Below, one piece after another: positions 38,056 to 47,285 of a DNA stretch of 64,000 nucleotides (position 1 is its first letter; every line of letters starts with the position of its first letter). Location: positions 27,830 to 91,829 of IMG/VR virus record IMGVR_UViG_3300012205_000277; one strand, written 5' to 3'. The stretch is from a virus. The notes beneath the pieces were generated by a model, which worked only from the letters and a program-made list of their open reading frames with translations, did no database searches and was not told where the DNA came from. The translations under genes were made by a program, and so were the position numbers.

Positions 38056-38553
38056 CTAAGCCAGCCAGATTGGCAAGCCGTACCAGCGAATGACTTCGAT
38101 CAGCGCGTAGCCCTGATAGTTTACGAGGCGGTATTTCTTGGTGCGGCGCATCCCGATCTTTTCACTGCGCGTGGGAGACACTAGCGGGACATCGCCACCT
38201 TCGATGGGAATGGGCCTAGTGCGATTGGTTTCCGTAACCTTGCCGCTCAAAAACGGGCAGATTTCGATGGCGAACCTGGCGCAATGTTCATGCTGTGGCG
38301 GGTCCATGAACAGGTTTGAAGCTTCAATGGATTTCGGGCCTCCGATGAACCAGGCATATTCGCTAAGTGCGTTGCCACAGATGGCGCAGAGTTTCTGCAG
38401 GACGCAGGCACTGCGTTTGGCGTGATCGATTACCCGGAAGTCCGGGACGCCCTTCACATAGAGCACGACGAACGGTACGGGAAGTCCTTGATGGACCGGC
38501 AAGTGCGAAAGGAACGATGGAATCGTTATTTTTCGATCGTGGATAGAGTGCAT
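38056..38553 (-). CDS. Conserved zinc-binding phage protein
   Basis: GLPVPFVV..PDFR..LCAICG..FIGGP..DPPQHEHCARFAIEICPFL. Confidence 0.75.
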   Translation of the reverse strand: MHSIHDRKITIPSFLSHLPVHQGLPVPFVVLYVKGVPDFRVIDHAKRSACVLQKLCAICGNALSEYAWFIGGPKSIEASNLFMDPPQHEHCARFAIEICPFLSGKVTETNRTRPIPIEGGDVPLVSPTRSEKIGMRRTKKYRLVNYQGYALIEVIRWYGLPIWLA

Positions 38554-38962
38554 AGGATTCCTTCGCTGCCTTCGCCCCAAACCGCTTCGAGTTTGGCTGG
38601 CATTGGCTGAATGATGGTGGTGCTCTTGCAGTTGAGGCATTCGACGATATATTTGGTGTAGGCTTTTATCGCCGACCGCGTGATGTAAACGGCGAATTCT
38701 CCCTTGCCGCAATTGCCACAGGCTTGCCGTTGAGCGTTCTCGATCATGGTCCGCACTCCTTACGCATCAGCTTAATGTAGGCTTTGACTTCACGCAGATC
38801 TTTGGCGCTTTTGATCTCCGTCTCGGGTTCACCTTCTTCGAATAGGCTTAATTCTGTCTCCGCCATGAACAGCAAATCGGCTGGAGTCTTTTGGTGGCCC
38901 AGGTCCACATTAGCCAATAGAATGTCCGGCAACGCATTGAGGGCCTTATCGAGAGTCATGGC

Positions 38963-39376
38963 TTATGCCGCCGCCCGGATTTGGATACTCACTTTGTCGG
39001 GAGTCAGATAGACGATGAAGTCCATGCCGGCGACAATCAGTTTCTCGGTCGATGGATTGATTGCCAGAGCCTCGGCAAAATCATCGCCGCCAACCGCCCG
39101 GCGGATTTTGTCATACTGCTCGCCGCGTGCATCTTGATCGTCCAGCTTGCTGGGAGGACCATATCCGGTTGCGTAGGCAATGAGCCCGGATTCCGATGGA
39201 GTTTGTTTCGTGACGGCGTTGGATATGAGATACACGCCATCGTCTTTGACAAGCAGCAGGCCCACGGGAACGTTCTTCTTCGAACCTACATAGGGGATCG
39301 AGCGTTCCGTCGCTTGCTTTGAATCGTCAATCAGCTTGCGTACTTCCGAGCCTTTGAATACCAGTTTCGTTTTCAT
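38963..39376 (-). CDS. DUF3085 family protein
   Basis: LLLVKDDGVYLISN..IAYATG..VGGDDFAE. Confidence 0.85.
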   Translation of the reverse strand: MKTKLVFKGSEVRKLIDDSKQATERSIPYVGSKKNVPVGLLLVKDDGVYLISNAVTKQTPSESGLIAYATGYGPPSKLDDQDARGEQYDKIRRAVGGDDFAEALAINPSTEKLIVAGMDFIVYLTPDKVSIQIRAAA

Positions 39377-39675
39377 GGTTTCTCCCTTTGCTCAAGTTGA
39401 ATTTGTAAAGCTGTCAGGTTCCGGCCATAGATCCAGAAAGTTTGAACGGCTGCTTGACCACGGACTCGCGCGCGAATGGCATGGTCGAAGAGTTGATATT
39501 TGACGTGAATCTGCCCTGGTGGGCACGGTTCGATGATGCCGATCGCGATTTTGGTGATCGCTGGCAGCGTCTTCCAGAAGATCAAATAAGAACGCGCCGC
39601 TTCGATATAGGTTTGGTGGCTGCCGGAAAATTTGACGCCGCGCAGCACACCTTTTGTTTTCGTCATTGGCGTTTC

Positions 39676-40401
39676 TCAGGCAGCGTCGCTTTTGATTTCC
39701 GGCTGTGGCAACGAACGCTTGTAGTTCTCCAAGTGCCCGTTGGCCATATGGCGGTACTGATAGGCTTGAATGAGATACCAGCAGGCTTCGTAGGCGTCGC
39801 GTAATTTCTGCGCGTCTTGATTGTCTTTCGACCACTTGAGGAAAATGCCCGGCAACTGCATATAACCGCGGTTGTCGCCCTCATGCACCCAATCGCGAAT
39901 GGCCGAGGCATAGCAGTATTTCTCGATGCCATCGGAATACTCGCGGACCAAGATGCGGAAGATCGCTTCCGGAGAACCGTCATAGACATCGGTGATTTCC
40001 TGATACCGCTTGTCGTGCCGCTTTTCCGGCGAGGAGGAAATTTTCTGTTCCGTCACGGAAAAGTAGCGAGGTTTTGACCAGGACTTATCATCCTTCGGCG
40101 CTTTCCATAGGATGGATGCGGCAAACTCGATTGATTTGTTGCTTGGCCTGTTCGCCAAGCTGTACTTAACCTGATCGAGCAGTTCTTCATCGGTTTGTAG
40201 CACCACGGCGAGCGAGGCCAAATAATCTGTGATCTGTTCAGAAGTCGCAGCCCAATCGCCCGAATGCTGGCACAAGCCGTCGCCATAGGTCTGGAACACC
40301 CGGAAATGGTCATGTATGGGTGCCTTCGTATCGAAAGCCTGCGAATCGAAGGCGTAGCCTAGTTCTTTTGGATTGCCTAGAGACAAGAATTTGCGGTACA
40401 T
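39676..40401 (-). CDS. Hypothetical protein
   Basis: 241 aa; GGGAGAAATAAAATG initiation motif. Confidence 0.75.
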   Translation of the reverse strand: MYRKFLSLGNPKELGYAFDSQAFDTKAPIHDHFRVFQTYGDGLCQHSGDWAATSEQITDYLASLAVVLQTDEELLDQVKYSLANRPSNKSIEFAASILWKAPKDDKSWSKPRYFSVTEQKISSSPEKRHDKRYQEITDVYDGSPEAIFRILVREYSDGIEKYCYASAIRDWVHEGDNRGYMQLPGIFLKWSKDNQDAQKLRDAYEACWYLIQAYQYRHMANGHLENYKRSLPQPEIKSDAA

Positions 40402-40402
40402 T

Positions 40403-40726
40403 TTATTTCTCCCTTTTGTGATGCGCTAAAAATTCTGCGTTGCTCGAAAAGCAAGTGACTTTATCGGCCGGAAGGCGAAAGCTTCCGGGGTCACGCGGCA
40501 CCTTGCAAACATTCGCCCGAAAAATGGCGAAGCCTGCGCAGAGTTTGTCGGTTGCATGGCATTCGCATATACCCTCACCGTGAGCGAGAGCCAGCCAATC
40601 TTCGGCAGACACTTGGCCGAGCCACCCGGGAAGAGAAACTCTCGCCCAGGGACAATCCGAGCAAGGCTTTGTATGCTGGATGCGGGTCTTCACCGCGTCG
40701 TGATAGGTCAATAGGCGTTTCATCAT
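40403..40726 (-). CDS. Cys-rich protein (DUF6283-like)
   Basis: KPCSDCPW..CECH..LCAG. Confidence 0.6.
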   Translation of the reverse strand: MMKRLLTYHDAVKTRIQHTKPCSDCPWARVSLPGWLGQVSAEDWLALAHGEGICECHATDKLCAGFAIFRANVCKVPRDPGSFRLPADKVTCFSSNAEFLAHHKREK

Positions 40727-41247
40727 TAGACCTTTGGCCAGGGCATGGACTTTGGACGATAGAAACTGTGGGGAACGTAGGGGGTGTGCATGTATTTTAA
40801 TGCACGGTCTTCCAATTCGTTCCACACTTTCTCGATGTCACCCACGGACTCGAAAATGTCTAGCGGATTTTCGGGATCGTCGCTCTGCAAAAACAAACGA
40901 GGGCCATCCTCAACAGTGAGAATAGACCCCCCAAAGATGGGTTGGGTTTTGCCGCTGGACGATAGGAACACTTTCGAATTGTCTTGAGCGTCAGCAATGG
41001 AATAAACGACGGGGCCGTCCTTCAACCAAAAGGTGAAGACGGGCCATGCCGCGTCAGGGCCGAACCCTCGGATTTGGTACGACGGTCCAAGGAATCCAAA
41101 GCTGCCTTCTTCGATTAAGAGGGCATGAATGTCCAAGCGAATCGCTGGAATGTCCAGGAGTTGGGCAAAGGCGATGTTCGTAAATAGCGTGTACTTTGCC
41201 TTGCTGGCTATTTCCTGAACCGTTTCATCGTTCATTCGTTCCTCCCT

Positions 41248-41430
41248 TTACTGTTTTGCAGGGACAGTTCCCTTTTTGATCAAGTCCTCGACGACCGATT
41301 CGCGGATTCGGACGCACCCTCCGATGCGTACAAATTCAATCTTGTGCTGCCAAACCCACGCACGGATGGTTGGCAGGGCAATCGATAATCGCTTGGCGAC
41401 GATATGCAACGGAAGCAATGTGTCCGGCAT
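41248..41430 (-). CDS. Excisionase-like HTH protein
   Basis: VAKRLSIALPTIRAWV..IEFVRIGGCVRI. Confidence 0.85.
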   Translation of the reverse strand: MPDTLLPLHIVAKRLSIALPTIRAWVWQHKIEFVRIGGCVRIRESVVEDLIKKGTVPAKQ

Positions 41431-41951
41431 ATCACCACTCCTGGGCCGGCGCATCTTCGTCCAGATGCAAACGGTTGTACCTGTCTAGGTGCGCCCACAT
41501 ATACCGCTTCATGCTTGAGCCGACGCGCCGGACCAGTTCTTCCCATGCATCGAATTGTTGAAGTATCGTGTGGTCTTTGTCATAGATCAGCGCTTGAGAA
41601 ACAGCCATTGTGGTCGTGCAACTGATTTGCACTTTGACGATGAAGCGCTTAGGCGGCATTGTGGTCCTTTCTCAGAATCTCTTGCAGATATTTATCCACA
41701 GTGAACCAGAGGATGCCGCCGCGATGCTTCACGCTGTAGATGGCGCACGGTCCGCACATGAAATAGGCCCGCGGATCATCGCCTTTGATCACAGCAATGG
41801 CAGGGTTGCCGCAACGAAGATACGCAAACCGTAGTTCTGGCTCATTGCGCATTCCTTCGCAAGGCTGCGCTCCTACCAATTCGGTGAGAAAGGCGATCGT
41901 GATTGTCTCTGATTCCATTGCATCTCCTTTGTGAGCCTTGCGGCCCAAGAA

Positions 41952-42785
41952 TTAAGCTGCTTTCTTGGATTTCTTTTTGCCTTTCGGAGCATCGTCCTCT
42001 TTTTCGGCGGCCTTGCGCCTCGGATTTTTCAAGCTGGCTTCGAGCGCAGCGGAAATGTCCACGGTTGCCGCCCGTGTCGGCATATTGATCGGTGCTGGCG
42101 CGGCGACCTTGCTATCCAGCTTCGAAGCAATCAACGTGTTCAGCCGTTGCAGGTAGCCATCTTCGTATTGCGATGGATTGAAGTCCGCAGCCAGGCTTTC
42201 GACGAGTTGCTTCGCTAGCTTTGTCTCCGCTGCGCTGAGGGCGATTGGTTGCAGGTTCTCAAATTCGGAAACCTGGGCGATTTCATTCGGATACCAAAGA
42301 TAATTCAAAACAAGGCCGTGACCTTTCGGGCGAAGAATCGCCACATGCTCGCGCGATGATTTCGTCAACTGCACGACAGCCACACGGCCGGTTTCCATCA
42401 GCGTCTTGGTCAAGAGGCCGTATGCTTTTCGGCCCGCATCATCCGGCAAAACATAAAATGATTCGGCCAGATAAAGTGGGTCCACGTCTTTCCATTCGAC
42501 GCATTCGCTGATCTCCATCACCTTTTCGGTAGTCGGCGTGATGCTTTCCATTTCTTCGTCCGTCAGTTTGACAATCCCACTGCCGGAATCATATCCGCGG
42601 TATGTTTCTGTCGGTTCAAGCATTACCGAACAACTGGGACACCACTTGGGCATTTTGATTCGACCATTGCAGGCGGTGTGAAAAGTATTCAGTTCAAGTT
42701 TTTTGTCGCGCGCGCCGACATTCAAATAAACCGGAATCGAGAGCAGACCAAAATTCAGAAAACCTTTCCAAACTTTTGTACTCAT
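41952..42785 (-). CDS. ku: Ku (NHEJ DNA end-binding) protein
   Basis: VWKGFLNFGLLSIPV, VDPLYLAESFYVLPD, AYGLL, FNPSQYEDGY, VDISAALEASL, basic tail. Confidence 0.95.
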   Translation of the reverse strand: MSTKVWKGFLNFGLLSIPVYLNVGARDKKLELNTFHTACNGRIKMPKWCPSCSVMLEPTETYRGYDSGSGIVKLTDEEMESITPTTEKVMEISECVEWKDVDPLYLAESFYVLPDDAGRKAYGLLTKTLMETGRVAVVQLTKSSREHVAILRPKGHGLVLNYLWYPNEIAQVSEFENLQPIALSAAETKLAKQLVESLAADFNPSQYEDGYLQRLNTLIASKLDSKVAAPAPINMPTRAATVDISAALEASLKNPRRKAAEKEDDAPKGKKKSKKAA

Positions 42786-42810
42786 TTTGTTTCTCCCTTG
42801 TAAAGAATTT

Positions 42811-42885
42811 GGGCGGACTTTTCGGCGTCCGCCCTAGCCGTTCCTGCGCTGCCATTCCTTACCCCATCGAATCGGGCCCGGTCTA
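42811..42885 (-). repeat. Hairpin plus 5-nt-period array upstream of ku
   Basis: GGGCGGAC/GTCCGCCC, then gccgttcct gcgct gccat tcctt acccc atcga atcgg gcccg gtcta. Confidence 0.65.
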
Positions 42886-43239
42886 AACGCTCCGTGCCTG
42901 CCGCGCCTGTGTTTCAACTTCGCTATACAGCTTTTTTGCTACTTCTGGCTTTTCCTGAATCGCCATAACTGCGGACCGGATCGCGGCCACTTGTTCTGGC
43001 GTCCAAGTGAGCTGAAACTTCCGGTGAATCTGCAAGTCTCCGGCATCAGTCAGAAATGCAAAAGCGCACCACTTGCCCTTTCGCAATTTGTAATACACGA
43101 GCCGCTTGCCAAACATTCCTTTATCTACTTCTCCCAAATCCCCGACGACGGTTTTCAGCCAAAGCAGCCGATAGATATCGGGTCCGCAGGGTACGGCGTA
43201 ATAACCATCAGGCAACACGATGGCTCCTTTTCCTTTAGG

Positions 43240-43268
43240 ATTGTATCTTAGGGTCTACGAATAAGCAA
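43240..43268 (-). promoter_or_regulatory. Sigma70-type promoter
   Basis: TTGCTT-17 nt-TACAAT. Confidence 0.65.
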
Positions 43269-43270
43269 GG

Positions 43271-44362
43271 TTAATCTTCGAGGCGGATGGAGCGATGCGG
43301 CTTGTCGGTGACCATGCCGCTTAGTAGAGTTTGAATAGTTTCAAACCCGTGCCGGACGTAGTCGCGAACGGTTTTGTCCGTACGGAGCATGTCGGCATCT
43401 GCTGTCTTGATTAAGCCCTTGGCCTTGTCGACCAGGACTTTCATTGCCGTATCATTCGTGATGTTTCGCGAATCGAAAGTCTGCAAAAATTCCTGCAGCT
43501 TGTTGGTTGAATCGTCGCGAATGATTTTCTTCTTGCCACTTTCGTCCGGTTCCAATCGAGTGACCAAATGATCGACCATTTCCGATAACTGCGTACGAAG
43601 CAGTTGCTTGATGGTTTCGCGGGTTTCGGCCCAAGCGGCCTCGGCCTTGGCGCGTTCTTCTTCGTAGACTTCCTTGCTGACCGCTTCGAGATTCTTCGCG
43701 CTGTCCACATAGACGAAGCGCCAGGTCAGCTTGAATGCTGCGCGCAGTTCTTTGCCGGTTGGGTAATCGTCCTCGTTGAAGAAGTTTTTGACTTCATTGC
43801 CGACTTTCACTTTCGACAGCCGGGCCTTGGCTTCGGAAATGTAGGTGTTGAGTTTCTTGACCATGCTCTCAACCAGCGGTTCGAGATCCTTCTCACCCTG
43901 TTTCAGCCGAGCATTCACTTCCTCGACGAAATCCAGCGGAAGAAGGTAGACGCCTTTTTTGATCATGGAGGGCAGCGCCCGGCTCTCGACAAAGCGCCGG
44001 TGCTCTCCATAAAGCGAAGTAATCTTTTCCAGTTCTTCGGCATCGAGGAGTTTCTTGGTGGTGTTGAACCAGTTGTCGTCCTTTGCGTTCGGTGCCGAGG
44101 CGACCTGGAATTCATCGGATTGCACTTTGCGGCGGTTGCCGATGCCGTTGAAAGTCAAAACCAAAACGACGGTTTTCAACATCATTTCGCCGGCCGATAC
44201 CGACTTGTCCTGCTTTGGCAATACGATTTTTTTGTGCGGCTCCATCTTCGGTCGGGGCCTTGGTTTCGGTTTTACTATGCCGCGTCGCGCTCGAATTGTG
44301 TCCCACGCTTTCAATGCCGCTAAACGTCGCATGGACTTCTGCGCTGCTGTTGCTGCTTTCAT
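43271..44362 (-). CDS. DUF3150-like protein
   Basis: KKLLD..RALPS..GVYLLP..FNEDDYP pattern; near the AAA/DUF1257/DUF2997 genes. Confidence 0.65.
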   Translation of the reverse strand: MKAATAAQKSMRRLAALKAWDTIRARRGIVKPKPRPRPKMEPHKKIVLPKQDKSVSAGEMMLKTVVLVLTFNGIGNRRKVQSDEFQVASAPNAKDDNWFNTTKKLLDAEELEKITSLYGEHRRFVESRALPSMIKKGVYLLPLDFVEEVNARLKQGEKDLEPLVESMVKKLNTYISEAKARLSKVKVGNEVKNFFNEDDYPTGKELRAAFKLTWRFVYVDSAKNLEAVSKEVYEEERAKAEAAWAETRETIKQLLRTQLSEMVDHLVTRLEPDESGKKKIIRDDSTNKLQEFLQTFDSRNITNDTAMKVLVDKAKGLIKTADADMLRTDKTVRDYVRHGFETIQTLLSGMVTDKPHRSIRLED

Positions 44363-44977
44363 TTTGTTTCTCCCTTTTTTTTGTTGTTTGGAATTCGGAC
44401 CAGGAATTACGCTTCTCTTGGGACTTCGCCGACGCCTACTTCAGTGACGCGTTTGCATGGCCAGCAGATCCAGAACATGACCAAATGGACTTTGGTCAGG
44501 CTGTTCTCGCAGAGAAGATCAAGATAGCCGTTGCAGATTCCACAGTGGGATTTTTCTGTGGTTTGAATCGTGAATTTCCTGCTTTGCGGCGTAGTTCGAA
44601 GTATTTCTTGCCCCGGCAAATCGGGCATTTCGCCATCTGCTATCCAGGTAAGTCGGCCTTTCTGTTTACGGGGAGTGTGAACTACGCCTTTCCACCCAGG
44701 TACATGCCCTTCGGTTTGCCGTTCGATCAACTGAACCGTTTGCGTGATCGGCAGATCGTAACAATTCAGCCGGTTGACCGTCACAATGTCGCCGGCTTTG
44801 AATTCGATCATCAGGTCCTCCATTCGATTCGTCCGACGCCAACTGCGCCTTTCCGTACATGGCGCTTGAAATATCGTTTGGCGGCGGCCTCCACTTGAGA
44901 TCTGCTCCAGAAGAATTCTGTTATTCCGTTTGGAAATATCACAATCCAACTGTTGGATAGCTTGTGATATTCGGCAA

Positions 44978-45658
44978 CTACTTTGCCCTGTTCGTGAACG
45001 GCAGCCTTGATGCCGCCGACGGTGATCGATTGGTGCACTTAGTCTCCTTTCGATATTGCTTGCGTGGCACTGATAGATAGACCACTTTATCGACGATGGC
45101 GTTTTGCCAGTTTGGAGCACAATAAATATTGAAGTCTCCGTGAATGTTTATTGCGTTCCGAATTTCGATGATAAGCTGCGATGCTTTCATCGGAATACGG
45201 CGGGAACGTCGTTGATTTAGGGTCTGTTCAAATTGCGTCGCCCAGCGACAATTGCCAGGTTCATAATCACCATTAGTATTTGGATAGCGGTCTAGTGAGT
45301 ATTTAGAAGAAGGTTTCGGCCCCATGTCAGCAAGAAAATTTGCGAAGGAATTCAACCATCGTTCGCAGATTTTTATGCCGCCATAGTTACTGAATTTTTC
45401 AGTATGGGCTCTATAGTAGCAACGGTCCTTCATGCACGCCCAAGCTCTATATTCCGGGCTAAATACACGGCCAATTGTATGGCCATGGGTTTTGTGACCA
45501 CCCAAATGACCGGTTATAAATCGGCGTGGCTGTCCCTTAACGACGCCAGGTCGTGATGGACGGGTTTTAATATAAGGTAGTGTATATTGTCCACAACCAC
45601 ATTCGCATTTGCGATTCTTAAGCAAAGAGATGATCCGAGAGCCAGCGATATTCTTCAT
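44978..45658 (-). CDS. HNH homing endonuclease-like protein
   Basis: CECGCG; EYRAWACMKDRC..YGGIKICERW..FLADMG..SLDRYPNTNGDYEPGNCRWAT. Confidence 0.85.
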   Translation of the reverse strand: MKNIAGSRIISLLKNRKCECGCGQYTLPYIKTRPSRPGVVKGQPRRFITGHLGGHKTHGHTIGRVFSPEYRAWACMKDRCYYRAHTEKFSNYGGIKICERWLNSFANFLADMGPKPSSKYSLDRYPNTNGDYEPGNCRWATQFEQTLNQRRSRRIPMKASQLIIEIRNAINIHGDFNIYCAPNWQNAIVDKVVYLSVPRKQYRKETKCTNRSPSAASRLPFTNRAK

Positions 45659-45887
45659 CCAGTGCCATCGTTCTGGACGGGAATGGCCCTAGAATTTTGT
45701 TTGGAATATTTAAGTGCGAGCATATGGGCGCCATATCTGCGGTCCAGCCACCGCTAGGGTGCGGTTCCACGAAACTCGCGCGGCGGATCGTGACATGGCC
45801 CTGGCCGAGTAGGTCGACCAGGGCATCGTCATAAATCATCCGCATGGTTCCGTCGGGCGATACATCGATTGTGAATGTATTTTGCAT
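45618..45887 (-). CDS. Conserved protein of the AAA cluster
   Basis: IDVSPDG..IYDD..IRRASFVEP..WTADM..LGPF..AL..E..WL. Confidence 0.75.
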   Translation of the reverse strand: MQNTFTIDVSPDGTMRMIYDDALVDLLGQGHVTIRRASFVEPHPSGGWTADMAPICSHLNIPNKILGPFPSRTMALDEEYRWLSDHLFA

Positions 45888-45888
45888 G

Positions 45889-46074
45889 TCAGCCTCGGGC
45901 CTTGGCCTGGACTGGTTCCGTCAAATGCATTTCAGGGCTGTCCACATCTTTCGTGACAATCCCGAGTGCTTCTTCGAGCGGTTTTGTCGCGGCTTTGCAT
46001 GCTTTCCCACGAAAACCTTTCGTGGTGATTTTGACGCTGCCATCCGGTGCCACATCAATCAGTATTTCTTCCAT
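45889..46074 (-). CDS. DUF2997 family protein
   Basis: IDVAPDGSVKITTKGFRGKACKAATKPLEEALG. Confidence 0.88.
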   Translation of the reverse strand: MEEILIDVAPDGSVKITTKGFRGKACKAATKPLEEALGIVTKDVDSPEMHLTEPVQAKARG

Positions 46075-46121
46075 TGCGTTTTCTCCCTTCGAATTTTTGG
46101 AATCGATCGTGACCTGGCACA

Positions 46122-46511
46122 TCAACGGGAACAACGAAGTTGGACATGGCCATTGGCTTCGAGAACACGATGCATGCGGAAGCCACGCGGAATTTTCTTG
46201 GCAGCAACCTGCAAGGAATATTCTTGGCGTAAACGATTTGCGGTCGTGCCACCAATCGCATCCATCAAGCCATAACCGCCGCCAAAGCTGTCGGCACGCA
46301 AAGTCCAGCCGCGGCCTAGTGGATTCTTAATGACGCCGACTTCGTAACTGTGCGAATTGCCCTTGACGGCAATCGCATGTTCACAAGCTTCGGTGTAATA
46401 AGATTTGTGGGTTTTCTGATTCTCCCGAAACTCCAGGCCAAGTGGTTCGCACGATGCCTTCAAACATTCCAAATCCAAAATTTCAACTTTCAAGTCCGCT
46501 GTATGTGACAT
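46122..46511 (-). CDS. DUF1257 (Ycf35-like) family protein
   Basis: MSHTADLKVEILDLECLKASC..YEVGV..RLRQEY..GHVQL. Confidence 0.85.
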   Translation of the reverse strand: MSHTADLKVEILDLECLKASCEPLGLEFRENQKTHKSYYTEACEHAIAVKGNSHSYEVGVIKNPLGRGWTLRADSFGGGYGLMDAIGGTTANRLRQEYSLQVAAKKIPRGFRMHRVLEANGHVQLRCSR

Positions 46512-46535
46512 CGATTCTCCTTTGTTTACGAATTT

Positions 46536-46560
46536 AAAAGGGCGAACCGAAGTCCGCCCT
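46536..46560 (-). terminator. Terminator with UUCG loop
   Basis: GGGCGGAC-TTCG-GTTCGCCC-TTTT. Confidence 0.75.
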
Positions 46561-46562
46561 GT

Positions 46563-46627
46563 GCCCTGCCCTGTGACGCCCAGCCATAACGCACCCGTGC
46601 GCGCCTATGCTTGCCTAGCCCAGCCGA
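46563..46627 (-). repeat. 5-nt-period array (13 units) between promoter and terminator
   Basis: + strand: gccct gccct gtgac gccca gccat aacgc acccg tgcgc gccta tgctt gccta gccca gccga. Confidence 0.8.
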
Positions 46628-46631
46628 CTGG

Positions 46632-46660
46632 ATTATACCCCGGATTAAGTTATAGGGCAA
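46632..46660 (-). promoter_or_regulatory. Sigma70-type promoter
   Basis: TTGCCC-17 nt-TATAAT. Confidence 0.7.
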
Positions 46661-46897
46661 GTTTAATGAATTCCCCGGACTTGCTGTTCTAACGCTGCGT
46701 ATTGCTGATTGACCCAGGCCACCATCCTTTCAAATTGCGCCTTGTCGAGCAGCGCGGTTTGCGGGAAGCGCGAGCCGGGAATCCAGAATTCGACAACATC
46801 CGTATTGCCGGCATGGACCATGTGGATGATCAATTCCGTCACTGGTTCCCCGGGCATTTCGATGCCCCGGAATTTCGTCATTTTGTAAGAGAGCATA

Positions 46898-47284
46898 TTA
46901 GTCCTTGAGCGTGATCTTCCTTTTTTTGGTTTCAAGCAGCGGCGTGCTTGGGCTGGCCGCAGCCTTTTTAGTTTGTTTCGAGGCCTCGGCCATGGTCTTG
47001 ACCTGTTGTTTCATCTCCTCGGCGCGTTTGAGCATGTTCCGGTGATAGAAATACGCCCTTTGAACATGAGGACAAGGGGATTCTTGTGACCCTTCGACCC
47101 ATACGGTCGTACCGGTGACGCCATCGCCATACTCTGTGGTATCGCAAGGGCAATGCCATTCGGTGCCCTTGCGATAGACGGTGAATCGGGCGGCGGTATT
47201 CTTTATGGAGACAACCAGAAAAGCGGTTCTGCCGTTTTTCTCTTGCTCCACATGCTTGACGTACCACTCAAGATAAACGGACAT
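46898..47284 (-). CDS. SWIM-like zinc-finger protein
   Basis: FTVYR..WHCPC...PCPHV; ends KRKITLKD. Confidence 0.65.
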   Translation of the reverse strand: MSVYLEWYVKHVEQEKNGRTAFLVVSIKNTAARFTVYRKGTEWHCPCDTTEYGDGVTGTTVWVEGSQESPCPHVQRAYFYHRNMLKRAEEMKQQVKTMAEASKQTKKAAASPSTPLLETKKRKITLKD

Positions 47285-47285
47285 T

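Noticed and set aside
41248-41430. Integration module or prophage boundary
   Set aside because: Only an excisionase-like HTH is present. No integrase, att site or host genes are visible, so the lifestyle cannot be determined.
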